From assembly GCA_000004985.1 (NCBI GenBank), contig GG738902.1: a stretch of 64,000 bases of DNA. One strand, given 5' to 3'. Position 1 is the stretch's first letter, and the number at the start of each line of letters is the position of its first letter. The notes beneath the pieces were generated by a model. It did no database searches. It saw only the letters and a list, made by a program, of their open reading frames with translations, and had not been told where the DNA came from. This stretch comes from Naegleria gruberi. Lineage: Eukaryota. Shown piece after piece: positions 31,598 to 41,575 of the stretch. A program made the position numbers and the translations under genes.

Positions 31598-32821
31598 ATG
31601 CCAAAACGTGATTCAGCAAGCAACAAAGAACAAGTAGTAGAAAACTCAACCGCCACAACTTCAAGACCACCCAACAAGAAACGCAAATCTTCAAGTCAAC
31701 CAACTTGTGCTGCTTTGGATTATTCGATTGAAGAATTGAGAAAACTCATCAATATTACATTATTCACCAGAAGAATGGACAATGATGAGAATGAAAAGAA
31801 TGCAAAGGATTGGAAACAATGGAATGAATGCAAAGATGCAGAACTCAATCTATTCGAAAGTAATTCTCGTCTCGTACGAAAGGTTTCTCATATTACGGAT
31901 TTTGATTTGAGTGAACAATCTGCTTCTAAAATACGTTTAGGCATTCGAGTTGATAACAAAACAAACATGGATCTGGAAATGCAAGTTTTCATTGATGAAA
32001 AAAAGATGAAATCGAGATGTTGTGAGAGAAATGCCGAAACTTTTATCATTTCCGAAAGGTCAAATCCCCAAACAGTTCATCCATTCATCCTTAAGAAACA
32101 TGAACAAGCTGAGGACGAAACTGAAATTGATAAGGAAGTTCTCAAAAAATTGGGAAGTGTCAAGTTTAAATTTTTCAAAACTAAAGTGACTCGAAAGAAT
32201 TCCATTTCAATTAATCGTCATTTTGAAATCGATAATGAAAATATCAAAATTAAGAGTAGCATGTTGAAGGAAGCTCCAATGTCACTTGGTTTGGGGGAGG
32301 GAATCAAGTCAGAGGTTAAAAGGGGAAGAACGTTAAGTTCATTGAAGGATTTAGTTTTGGAATGTGAAATTAAGTATACTAATCAAATAGGATATTTATT
32401 GGAATTGAGGAAGAATGGTATTGAATTGGAACCTGCAAATAATAGAGTTCAAGCTACTTCTTCTTCTGCAGATTCAAGTCTTGATGTTATTGAACTATCA
32501 GATAGTGAAGAAGAAACTAATTTGCCTCCAATTGGAAATTCAACCTCAACTCCATTGTTAAAAGTCTATGAAAATATCACTGAAACGATTCAAGATATTT
32601 CTAAAATGGAAGTTGAGGACTTGTTAAAGTTCATTAAGCGTACAGATGAAAAGTTATTTAATGTAGCCGAAACCCTTTTCAAAGAACATGAAATTAATGG
32701 ACGTGCCTTTTTGAGTCTCCCCTCCTCTACAAGCAGTATGCTCGCTTTAGGATTAAAAATTGGATCCCGAGCTAAAATAGAACAAATTATTAAGCAAATT
32801 CAACACAATCCACAAAATTGA
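31598..32821 (+). CDS. Hypothetical protein with a probable C-terminal SAM domain
   Basis: 407-codon ORF whose ATG follows an A7 run. The C-terminus VEDLLKFIKRTDEKLFNVAETLFKEHEINGRAFLSL...LGLKIGSRAKIEQIIKQI is SAM-like. Confidence 0.5.
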   Translation: MPKRDSASNKEQVVENSTATTSRPPNKKRKSSSQPTCAALDYSIEELRKLINITLFTRRMDNDENEKNAKDWKQWNECKDAELNLFESNSRLVRKVSHITDFDLSEQSASKIRLGIRVDNKTNMDLEMQVFIDEKKMKSRCCERNAETFIISERSNPQTVHPFILKKHEQAEDETEIDKEVLKKLGSVKFKFFKTKVTRKNSISINRHFEIDNENIKIKSSMLKEAPMSLGLGEGIKSEVKRGRTLSSLKDLVLECEIKYTNQIGYLLELRKNGIELEPANNRVQATSSSADSSLDVIELSDSEEETNLPPIGNSTSTPLLKVYENITETIQDISKMEVEDLLKFIKRTDEKLFNVAETLFKEHEINGRAFLSLPSSTSSMLALGLKIGSRAKIEQIIKQIQHNPQN

Positions 32822-32839
32822 AAATAAATATATCTATAT

Positions 32840-33880
32840 TTATTCATGCCAAGTTACATTGGGTCTCCATTTGAGGTAGACATTTTGATGATAATCCTGT
32901 GAAGCTTGTTGAGATAGCTCAACATGTTGATAATCACTCATGAAACTCGTTTGTGCAACTCTTTGAAATGGTTGAATTTTGTTCACACGTTTATGTCTGT
33001 ACGATGAATGAACACAGGATAAATAATCCTCCCACATTGCCTTTTCCTTTTCATTGAGTTGAACAGAGTTTGAATTGAGTAGTATTTGAGAGAGTCCATG
33101 AATTTGAATTCCTGGTTGATAATCAGTATCGTCAAAGAGTGTGCATTCTCTATAATTGAGAATTTGCTGACCATTGAATCCATCATTGTCGAATTTAAAA
33201 GGTGTTCCATCATCTCTGAACATGATGAATGTAAATTTGTGATTGAGTGGTGCAATTAAGTCTCGTTTCAACATATTTCCCAATCCCCATCCTTTGAATT
33301 TCATTTTCATGAATTGGAGTTGGCTTATGGTTAGTGATTCTTCTAGAAATGATAGAGGATTTTGGCAGTCTCTCTTTCTAATATTCAATCCGAAACAGAA
33401 CAGAAATTTGAAATGGAAATGTTCTTTCCAACTCATTGATTTAATTTCTGGAGAGGCAAACTTTTCCAATATTGATTCGATATCATTCTTTTTTGCTGCT
33501 GATGAGCCACATAAATAGTCCAGTTTATGCAACATTCGGTCAATCTCTGAAAAATCAACAAATTGTTTCGGTGCAGTTGACTGAACTGGTTGTTGTTCAT
33601 CATCATCAATAGGACGATAATAAATCTCCCCTTCAGTGCCATTTCCCAACACTTCTCTATAGTATAGTTTTGCAAATTTTTCACTTTCAATGAATTTCCG
33701 CCAACTTTTGCAAACTATTCTTGGATCGAAAAAGAGGAAAGCAGGTGGAAGAAACAATAAAATTTCATAGAGAATTGGTTCATGATCAAACCAGCAATAG
33801 TGCTGGGCAGCAGTATCAACAACGCGTTGATAGGTCATTTTTTTTGGAAACTCCTTTCGTCTGATTTTGGTACGAATCAT
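32840..33880 (-). CDS. Hypothetical protein with an F-box-like N-terminus
   Basis: EPILYEILLFLPPAFLFFDPRIVCKSWRKFIESEKF is F-box-like. A second in-frame ATG at 33838 follows an A8 run and may be the true start. Confidence 0.5.
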   Translation of the reverse strand: MIRTKIRRKEFPKKMTYQRVVDTAAQHYCWFDHEPILYEILLFLPPAFLFFDPRIVCKSWRKFIESEKFAKLYYREVLGNGTEGEIYYRPIDDDEQQPVQSTAPKQFVDFSEIDRMLHKLDYLCGSSAAKKNDIESILEKFASPEIKSMSWKEHFHFKFLFCFGLNIRKRDCQNPLSFLEESLTISQLQFMKMKFKGWGLGNMLKRDLIAPLNHKFTFIMFRDDGTPFKFDNDGFNGQQILNYRECTLFDDTDYQPGIQIHGLSQILLNSNSVQLNEKEKAMWEDYLSCVHSSYRHKRVNKIQPFQRVAQTSFMSDYQHVELSQQASQDYHQNVYLKWRPNVTWHE

Positions 33881-35457
33881 TAAATTAATTGTGTAAAGTT
33901 AATTATTTATTAATTATTCATCATGTTGAATTTAGTATAATATTGCACATGGTAAAAAAGTGATGAAATTTTCATGTAAGAAACTGACTCGTAGCTCTCT
34001 TCTAAAGAGGAAATTTCCCTTTCTGTATAATTATTCGATTTGATAATTCGTCCTAGAAGGAACTTTCTATTCGAAACAAGTGATCAAAACAAACACCATC
34101 TGCAGCTATCGTGCCACCAGTTCACAACTCAAACTGTCAATTCAACAACTGAAATAACAATCATCCTATCCAACAAGCAACCAATTCACAGCAATAAAAA
34201 CAAATTCTTCTCCTTTGTGTGTTAACATATGTGAAAATTATGAATCAATTATATTGACCAAACTCCATTATCAAAGTATCAGATGATATTCAAACCTCTG
34301 TGTTTTCATAGTTTTCGTTGTGTCTTTTGAAAACCATGTTAAACTCTAAAAATAAACACCAAAAAAAAATTGTTATTCACATTTTCACGCGCACTGCTGC
34401 TGAACACACAACAATTTTTGAATCCCTTTGAGAGTTGTTGAAACTTGCAAGTTGATTTTTGAAAAGTTTGAACACTGTGTGCACTGTTCAGCATATATAG
34501 TACCAATATATTGACACATTTGTTGGTCCGGAAAAATCATTTCATCATTGTATTGATCAATTTTTAGATCATCATCACGGAGAGAGCAAAATATCATATC
34601 TCAAGTTGAAAATCATCAACCAAGTTTGCGTAAGTTTAAGGCTTTTCCAAATCGTGTATATTTATTGATAATCTATGATAATCTGCTTTTTCAAAATCAA
34701 ATCATATTATAATAATATCAAACATATGTTGCTGATGATTAACAACAATAATAATAACAATATTTGAAATTCTACTTATATTTAACCTCTCTATATGTGT
34801 GTATTCCTCTATAACGCGGATCATATTGTTGTTGTGATGATATATATCTTGTTGTTTGTGTTGTGTGCACAATGTTCTATTTCATACTAAATTGTACTAA
34901 ATAATCAATTTCTCCTACTTTCTATCCATACACAATTATTACCTAAACTATATAAATTCAATATATAACCATTATAATAATACTATTTCTACTAATTTTA
35001 CTACTTTATTATACGAACAATACGAATAATAACAATGGACCACCCGTGAATATTTACCTCATCCTCTCAACTAATATTTGGCTATCAAAAAACATCTAAA
35101 ATTTCCTCATCATTATCATTTTAAAAAAAAACGGATCAATCAGAACTTCTCCCTGTCATTCAATAATTTGATAGTTGTTGTTGTTGTTTGAAGATAAAGC
35201 TTTTGCTAATAGAATCTCTAGTTGTATATAGTTAGTTCGTTTCAAGGATTTGTGGATTAACAACACAAAGAACGAGTTGAAAAAACTGTTTTATAGTAAT
35301 CGTACAGAAGAATTGAATTGTAACTTGTTGAATATAACAAGAACAATAACATATTCTTACAATATATAATTTATAACAAGAACAACATTTGAGGATCAAA
35401 TTGTTACTTTGCGAGAATAACTTGTTTTTACTACTCTAATTAAAACAAGAGAATATA

Positions 35458-37509
35458 ATGTTGACCAATCATGGAAAATCCGATAATTCATCTTCAGATG
35501 TTCTGACGATAGGTAATAATAACAACATGTATATCCATTCTGGAGGAGATGATTATTATTTACCTCCATCAGCTGAAAGAGATGACTCTTCAGTTCATTC
35601 TGGATCGGAGAGGAATGATTCATCCATGTTGGGTAGTATACCTGAAGATATCGATGATGATAATCTTGGTATCAAGGAATATGGAAGTTTTGCACCACAG
35701 TCAAAACAAGATTTCTCCTCTCCAGTATCTTTGAGACCTCCAGTTAGATTCCCTACACCTACTGTCCCTCTGCCACCTTCTCGTCCACCAACTCTCCAAT
35801 CTCTCTCTAACCCAAGACCTTCACTCCCACCATCTGTTGCTAATACTACTAATGCAATTTCAACACCATCCCAACAATATCCATCAAGTCCTTCCAATAC
35901 ATTCCAAGAATTCGTATCAGGTGAAGAATACAAGAGACCTGTTATTCTTTCTCCATATGATGATTCACATTTCCATCTTGTTGATGAAAAGAGCCGAGTT
36001 AAACAATCGTCGCCTCCTAAAAAAGCAACCACTTCAACAAGTACCACATCAAAGACAACCAATTCAAGTACTACTAGTAACAGTATTAATTCTACAAATC
36101 ATACATCTGCTGCTGTTACTTCAGTTAAATCATCTAATGGAACAACAACAACATTTGAGCCAAAAAACAATCAAGTAGGTCTAAAGACACTGCTGGCTCA
36201 AAAACAACAACAAATGCAACAACAAAAAGAAGACAAAATGGAAACTGATGAAAAAACAAAGGAAGATAAGAAGGAAGAAAAGGTCAAGGAAGAAAAGCCT
36301 AAAAAAACCACTAAGACATCAAAGAAAAAATCTAAGAAGGATTCAGATTCAGAATCGGAATATGTGGATGAATCGGAATCAGATGAATCAGATAAAAAAC
36401 CATCTAAAAAGACTAAAAAGAAGGAAAAGATTAAGAAACCAACCAAACCAAAAACAACCAAAAAGGAAACTAAAAAAGAGGAAGAGAAAAAGGAAACTAA
36501 AAAGGAAACTAAAAAGGAAACCAAAAAGGAAACCAGATCAAGTAAGAAGGATATTACTATTCCAAGTCCTAAGCGAACACTAGATCCGAGTGGTTCAGAG
36601 AATGAAACCAACGGAGGTGATGAGCCAAAATCTAAAAAGAATAAGATTACATCATCAATAATTGATGAACCAATTACTGCTACTATTACTACTAAACCTA
36701 GTGTGGAGACAATTAGTGCTCCTGTTGTAAAAACTACAAGTCAAATTGTTAAAGAGAAATTAGAGGCCAGAAAGTCTCAAACCAGACCAAACGAAGATCC
36801 TCCAAAGAAGAAATCTGAAACAAAACAAACTCTTGCCAAGAAACAAAAACATACTGCTGATGATAAGATGAAACAAAAGAAGAGTTCAGAGGCAATTTCG
36901 TACTATCTGAGAGCAGGTATCTTGTTTAGTGAAGGTGCTCACTTTTCAAAGGAAGCTTATTTGATTTCATCCAAGGAAAACAAACAAACTTATTTCTTTG
37001 ATGCAGTCAATTTACTACAACAAACTGTTGCCTACTTGAAACAAATTGCTAAAATGGCTCTTCAACATGGTGAAATTCAAAAGGCTGCTCTCACTCATCT
37101 GCTGTTATTCACAACTGTGAAAGTGTGGTTCAAGCTGAAATCAGAAACAATTGTAAAGTATAAGAATTATTTAATGGCAAAAGTTAATGAATTGGGAGGA
37201 GCCTCAACAGGCAATAGTCAATCAACTTCTCCAGCTGTGACATCCCCTCAATCAGTCTCGACTCCTTCACCAATTCATAGCTCCATGAATGCTACAGAAG
37301 GTATTCAGAAAAAGGAAGTGGAAAAACTTTGTAAAGAATTAGACGTTGTTTCCCAACTTGCTGAACAAGAAGATAATTTAAATCTTCAACTCAAGAACTT
37401 TGCTGTATACAGAGAAGATTCCGAACTAATGATTCGTGTCTATCAGGGAGATCTCATGTTTGTCACAATGTTCATTGAAGAAGAATTGATAAAACTAGAT
37501 GTGTTTTAA
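35458..37509 (+). CDS. Low-complexity P/S/T- and K/E-rich protein with a structured C-terminal helical domain (AF4/FMR2 C-terminal-homology-like)
   Basis: 683-codon ORF. The first ~470 residues are proline-rich, then Lys/Glu-rich with KKET repeats. The last ~210 residues (from about 36841) are non-repetitive and helical. Confidence 0.6.
   Translation: MLTNHGKSDNSSSDVLTIGNNNNMYIHSGGDDYYLPPSAERDDSSVHSGSERNDSSMLGSIPEDIDDDNLGIKEYGSFAPQSKQDFSSPVSLRPPVRFPTPTVPLPPSRPPTLQSLSNPRPSLPPSVANTTNAISTPSQQYPSSPSNTFQEFVSGEEYKRPVILSPYDDSHFHLVDEKSRVKQSSPPKKATTSTSTTSKTTNSSTTSNSINSTNHTSAAVTSVKSSNGTTTTFEPKNNQVGLKTLLAQKQQQMQQQKEDKMETDEKTKEDKKEEKVKEEKPKKTTKTSKKKSKKDSDSESEYVDESESDESDKKPSKKTKKKEKIKKPTKPKTTKKETKKEEEKKETKKETKKETKKETRSSKKDITIPSPKRTLDPSGSENETNGGDEPKSKKNKITSSIIDEPITATITTKPSVETISAPVVKTTSQIVKEKLEARKSQTRPNEDPPKKKSETKQTLAKKQKHTADDKMKQKKSSEAISYYLRAGILFSEGAHFSKEAYLISSKENKQTYFFDAVNLLQQTVAYLKQIAKMALQHGEIQKAALTHLLLFTTVKVWFKLKSETIVKYKNYLMAKVNELGGASTGNSQSTSPAVTSPQSVSTPSPIHSSMNATEGIQKKEVEKLCKELDVVSQLAEQEDNLNLQLKNFAVYREDSELMIRVYQGDLMFVTMFIEEELIKLDVF
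36463..36534 (+). repeat. Short tandem coding repeat (12-nt AAAAAGGAAAC[T/C] units encoding KKET)
   Basis: AAGGAAACTAAA / AAGGAAACCAAA is iterated, giving KKETKKEEEKKETKKETKKETKKET. Confidence 0.6.
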
Positions 37510-37626
37510 CAATCCAATAACAATACATTCAATAACTTATTTAAATGCAACAATAAATATATAAGATGATTTATTATTATTATGTTGACATTCAATTTAA
37601 TAATAAATCAAGGTTTGCTTTCTCTA

Positions 37627-38310
37627 TTAATGAGCTAAACACTTCTCCAAAGTTGGACAATAACTTGGAACCTTGAAAACATCAGCATCTACCTTCTCTG
37701 TTTGATCATAATATACAACTTGCTCATTACCAGTGAATGTAAAAGTATTCACATTCAAAATCCAACATTTTCCACTCTCAATTCGCTCATCATTAAAAAC
37801 CCAATATTCAGCATCTTGTCCATACTTGTTAACAGCTTCAATTCTATTGGCATTATATTGACCAATCTTTCCCTTTGTAATCTTTCCACTCTTTGGAACA
37901 CAAGATGGTTGCCACTTGCTTGGATCTGTATTCACTTTCACACATGAACAAATACCTTCGAATGGCACACGATATTCTACACTAATTGTTTCACTAACTT
38001 TGAAATCCCACAATGTGAATGAGTAAACCTTACCAGAGATTGAAAATGAACCGGATTGTCTGATCTTTCCAAGATTGTAATCACCAAAGAAGGAAGAAGA
38101 ACCTTCAGAAAGAGCCAAAGTTTGGTTGACATCATTTATGGCCACAATGTTGAAGGATGAGTTGTAGGAGTGGACATTTGGTAAGCAACAATAGTTGTTG
38201 TTGCCTTGTTGGTCCATTTGACTTTCCAATAGTTTGAAAGAATCGAATGCAGTCAAAAAAGAAACAAGAGTCAAGATGATGAATGAAACAGCAAGAGCTT
38301 GTACGTGCAT
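37627..38310 (-). CDS. Secreted Cys-containing hypothetical protein
   Basis: 227-codon ORF whose ATG follows an A7 run. Signal peptide MHVQALAVSFIILTLVSFLTAF. No recognised domain. Confidence 0.55.
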   Translation of the reverse strand: MHVQALAVSFIILTLVSFLTAFDSFKLLESQMDQQGNNNYCCLPNVHSYNSSFNIVAINDVNQTLALSEGSSSFFGDYNLGKIRQSGSFSISGKVYSFTLWDFKVSETISVEYRVPFEGICSCVKVNTDPSKWQPSCVPKSGKITKGKIGQYNANRIEAVNKYGQDAEYWVFNDERIESGKCWILNVNTFTFTGNEQVVYYDQTEKVDADVFKVPSYCPTLEKCLAH

Positions 38311-38441
38311 TTTTTTCTAGTCAACTGAAATATAACGACCACTCCCAATCAGCACAACACACCATCAAATTACAATCTAATAAAATTAGATGAAAGCTCA
38401 ACAAATAATTTTACAAAACACAAAACAATTAATTAAAAAAA

Positions 38442-39026
38442 ATGCCAAAACGTAAAGCTGCTGCCCCATCATCCACACAAACTCTAGAACCGTCATCAAA
38501 TAAAAAGAAAAAATCGGAAGAGAAGGTTGAATTGCTGAATAAAATATTGAATGCACTCGAGGAAAATAATGCATTACAAAAAGCCTTGCTCCGACATCTA
38601 GGAGGAAAAGTTCCTGCTCTTCCTTCATCATCAACAGCCAATTCAAATTCAACAAATAGGACTGCAGCAGTTAATTCAGTTTGTGAAAGTAGTGAAAGTA
38701 GTGATGAAGATGAAATAGTTAGTGATGATGTTGCAATATCATCAAAACGTTCGACTATTAAAACAACTTGTCCATGGACAGGTTCAAATCTGCAAGAACC
38801 TGTTCAATCTAAGAAATGTAAACACGTATATGAAAAGGCAGTGGCTTTCGCAAAATTGAGAACTGGAGGGGGTTATTTTGAATGTCCTATTATTGGTTGT
38901 AAGGAATGCAGAATTACTATAGTAGACCTTGTGGAAAGTCCATCCCTTGCTTTACAAATCAGAAAGGAAATTAAGAGAAAAGAAGAAGAAAAGAGAAAAA
39001 AGGCAGAAAGTTCTGAGGATTGTTGA
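38442..39026 (+). CDS. NSE2: SP-RING (Nse2/Mms21-type) SUMO-ligase-like protein
   Basis: CPWTGSNLQEPVQSKKCKHVYEKAVAFAKLRTGGGYFECPIIGCKECRITIVDL matches the C-P-x-T...P-V...C-x-H...C-P-x-x-G-C pattern of Nse2 SP-RING fingers. The ATG follows an A8 run. Confidence 0.7.
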   Translation: MPKRKAAAPSSTQTLEPSSNKKKKSEEKVELLNKILNALEENNALQKALLRHLGGKVPALPSSSTANSNSTNRTAAVNSVCESSESSDEDEIVSDDVAISSKRSTIKTTCPWTGSNLQEPVQSKKCKHVYEKAVAFAKLRTGGGYFECPIIGCKECRITIVDLVESPSLALQIRKEIKRKEEEKRKKAESSEDC

Positions 39027-39179
39027 ATTTTAAAATCCACAACCTATATTTTAATTCGTGAAACTGAAAGAAGATTGAGGATTAATTGAGGAATTGGTGA
39101 ATACAAAATATTTATTCAAGGGAATTGTGGAATTTTATTTAAAAGGATATTCAACTTGACAATTAGTTTGTGGAATCAT

Positions 39180-40016
39180 TTAATTAAGTTGGGAAGCAAG
39201 CATGGTATCTTTCAATTCGAGGGCCTTTTTCTTATTGAGAGATTTTACCAAATAATTTCCACATACCACCAAGTTATCTAAATCTCTAATCCATTGAGTG
39301 TTTCTCAACAGTTGGTACGAGGAATCAGTGAGTAAATTTCCTTGCAAATTTAACCTCTTGACATGCTCGAATTTGTTTGACTCACAGAGAATTTTCAAAC
39401 CCTCATCACCAATAAAGGTATTCACCAATTCGAGACGTTTCAAATTTACAAGATATGGAGATTGAACGAGTGATTTAACACTTTTAGGACCGAAATCTGG
39501 ATTATTGTGAATAATTAGAGTTTCGAGAGTTAAAAGTTTCGAACAATTTGCTAGCATCCCAAACGAGTCTGGACTAATATTCGAGCAAAACAGTTCTAAT
39601 TCTTTCACATTTGTTAGGAATGGGCTTTCAACAAGGGCTACTATTGCCGCATCATCAAAATCCATTCTGCCAAATCTGAGACTTGTGATATTTCTGCACT
39701 TTTCTGAATTCAAAAAGTGTTGCAACACTTCTAACGTTAATCCACTCGAGGACTGAATTTCCAATCTATTGAAATCTTGTGTTAAAAGAAGAGGTAGATG
39801 ATTCTCTTGATTGATAATTAGTGAGAGGTCAACTTTAACTTTCTTCTCACAGGAATTTAATTTCTTAATCCTTGGTAAAGAAGGTGGCGATGAAGGACAT
39901 GATGATGTCGAAGATGAAGCAATGGATACGTTATCTGGTTGTGTGGCTTGATCAGTTTCCTTCTTTACACTTTTGTTCAATTTTCTTGGTTTCTTGCTGG
40001 TGAGTTGTTTTGGCAT
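39180..40016 (-). CDS. RNI-type leucine-rich-repeat protein with a basic/Ser-rich N-terminus
   Basis: 278-codon ORF whose ATG follows an A9 run. Repeats include LTNVKELELFCSNISPDSFGML, LLTLETLIIHNNPDFG, LVNLKRLELVNTFIGDEGLKIL and FEHVKRLNLQGNLLTD. Confidence 0.65.
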   Translation of the reverse strand: MPKQLTSKKPRKLNKSVKKETDQATQPDNVSIASSSTSSCPSSPPSLPRIKKLNSCEKKVKVDLSLIINQENHLPLLLTQDFNRLEIQSSSGLTLEVLQHFLNSEKCRNITSLRFGRMDFDDAAIVALVESPFLTNVKELELFCSNISPDSFGMLANCSKLLTLETLIIHNNPDFGPKSVKSLVQSPYLVNLKRLELVNTFIGDEGLKILCESNKFEHVKRLNLQGNLLTDSSYQLLRNTQWIRDLDNLVVCGNYLVKSLNKKKALELKDTMLASQLN

Positions 40017-40758
40017 TTTTTTTATGAGTGGAAAAATTATTTTTAGATTTGAAGTGTTGCTTTTAACAAGCTGCTAACGAAAATTTATGTTTTTTCGAGC
40101 TAAACACATCAATCAAAAAATTCAATTTGAATAAAACATTGTTTTACAGTTATTTTCAATGTTTCTTTAAACAAGAATATTCTTGTCTATTTGATCTGTT
40201 AGTACTATTATGAAATAACTTAAAATTTAACTCTCGGAACTTCAACATGTCTTCCTAACGAATTCGTGTGGTGAACATTCCGAAACTTTCCTTTACACAA
40301 AACAACATGTTATTCAAGACAGAAAGTTCTTGTATTCCAATGTGTTCTTAAATACATTGCAAAGAAGATTTACATTCATGAGAAGAAAGCAACTACAATG
40401 AACGTTGGAAGGATTTCAATGATATACAGTTCAATTAAGCTTCAATTAACTTTAAAATAGATTCTAATAACATTGAAAACTATCTTGTAACAAAGATACC
40501 CAAATTAGAGTTTGACCTCCAGGAAATTATTTCCAAACAACTGCAATAATATTGAAAAATGGTTCAAAAGAATCAGATTATAATAATTTTCTCTCTGTTA
40601 TCCAAGCTTGAGGTGTTTTAAATTACTCCTTGCGGCATTTCAACAACTGACCTTGCCTTACAACTCCATCTCCGTCTCCTTCTATCATTCGCATAATTGG
40701 CTTCTAAACTGAGTCAAGTCAACTATGCCAAAAAAATCCATCAAAAAAAAAATTGAGA

Positions 40759-41385
40759 ATGAACAAACGCTTAACACTTTTATCTTTGTTCTTGCTATGC
40801 TTGTTAATAAGCATGTCACTTGTTCAACATGTCAACTCTTCTCGACCAAACTGTGCTGAGCCTCTCAACACACAAAACTCTGGTTCTTCAGATTCGTTTG
40901 GAAGGAAAACTCTTCAAGCAGCTGATCAAGATGTCAAGTTGTTGAACAATAAAGAGGGCATAACCTCTCTTCTCATTGATAGTATGGCCAGAAATGCAAT
41001 GGCTCAATTATCTCCAAGTGTTTTCAATGGTGTTCTAGGCCCAACCAATAAGTACATTCCACTTGTTACATTTGAAGCACATGCAAATGCCAAATGTTAT
41101 GCATGTCAAGTGGATTGTTTGAAAAAGTGGAAAGGATTAACGGAGAGAGCTCTTTTCAAATCATGTAAATATAGATATTTCTATTATGGATGTGATAGAC
41201 CATGTTATGGAAGTCATACTGCTTCACAGAAGGATACTGCTGATATGATTGCTATTTGTTATGTTAGGAATAATTGCAGATTTGGAAATGTATTGCTTGA
41301 TTATGCTAAAAAGTATAAGAAGAAGGCAATGAGTTCTATTGTGTGGGATATTGGAACAGCTGCTCAAAATACTAGAGCTGATTAG
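40759..41385 (+). CDS. Secreted Cys-rich hypothetical protein
   Basis: The ORF-track start at 40753 is TTG. ATG 40759 gives the signal peptide MNKRLTLLSLFLLCLLISMSLVQHVNS. No recognised domain. Confidence 0.55.
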   Translation: MNKRLTLLSLFLLCLLISMSLVQHVNSSRPNCAEPLNTQNSGSSDSFGRKTLQAADQDVKLLNNKEGITSLLIDSMARNAMAQLSPSVFNGVLGPTNKYIPLVTFEAHANAKCYACQVDCLKKWKGLTERALFKSCKYRYFYYGCDRPCYGSHTASQKDTADMIAICYVRNNCRFGNVLLDYAKKYKKKAMSSIVWDIGTAAQNTRAD

Positions 41386-41575
41386 TTTTGATATTCTTTG
41401 ATTTCGAATAAATAGTTGGAAATGAATTTATTCTAATCTCTGTTCTGATACACGAATTATTTCGGTCAAATATTGAGAGTATAGGTGTGATAGTAGTTGA
41501 TTCTTTTCAAATATTGTTCATAATCCTTAAAGAAAATAGGAAACTGTTCCATGTAAAATTGTAATTGTTTCAAAA

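Noticed and set aside
34000-35457. A possible hidden gene or 5'-UTR intron in the 1.4-kb ORF-poor stretch upstream of the 35458 gene (donor-like GTAAGT at 34630)
   Set aside because: I could not assemble any multi-exon reading frame with a recognisable product. A 5'-UTR intron is plausible but cannot be supported without transcript data.
36198-36611. Antisense 137-codon ORF and off-frame K/R-rich ORF 36248..36583
   Set aside because: They are artefacts of the purine-rich KKET/KKE coding repeat, which is stop-free in several frames. The sense frame is continuous with the flanking non-repetitive coding sequence.
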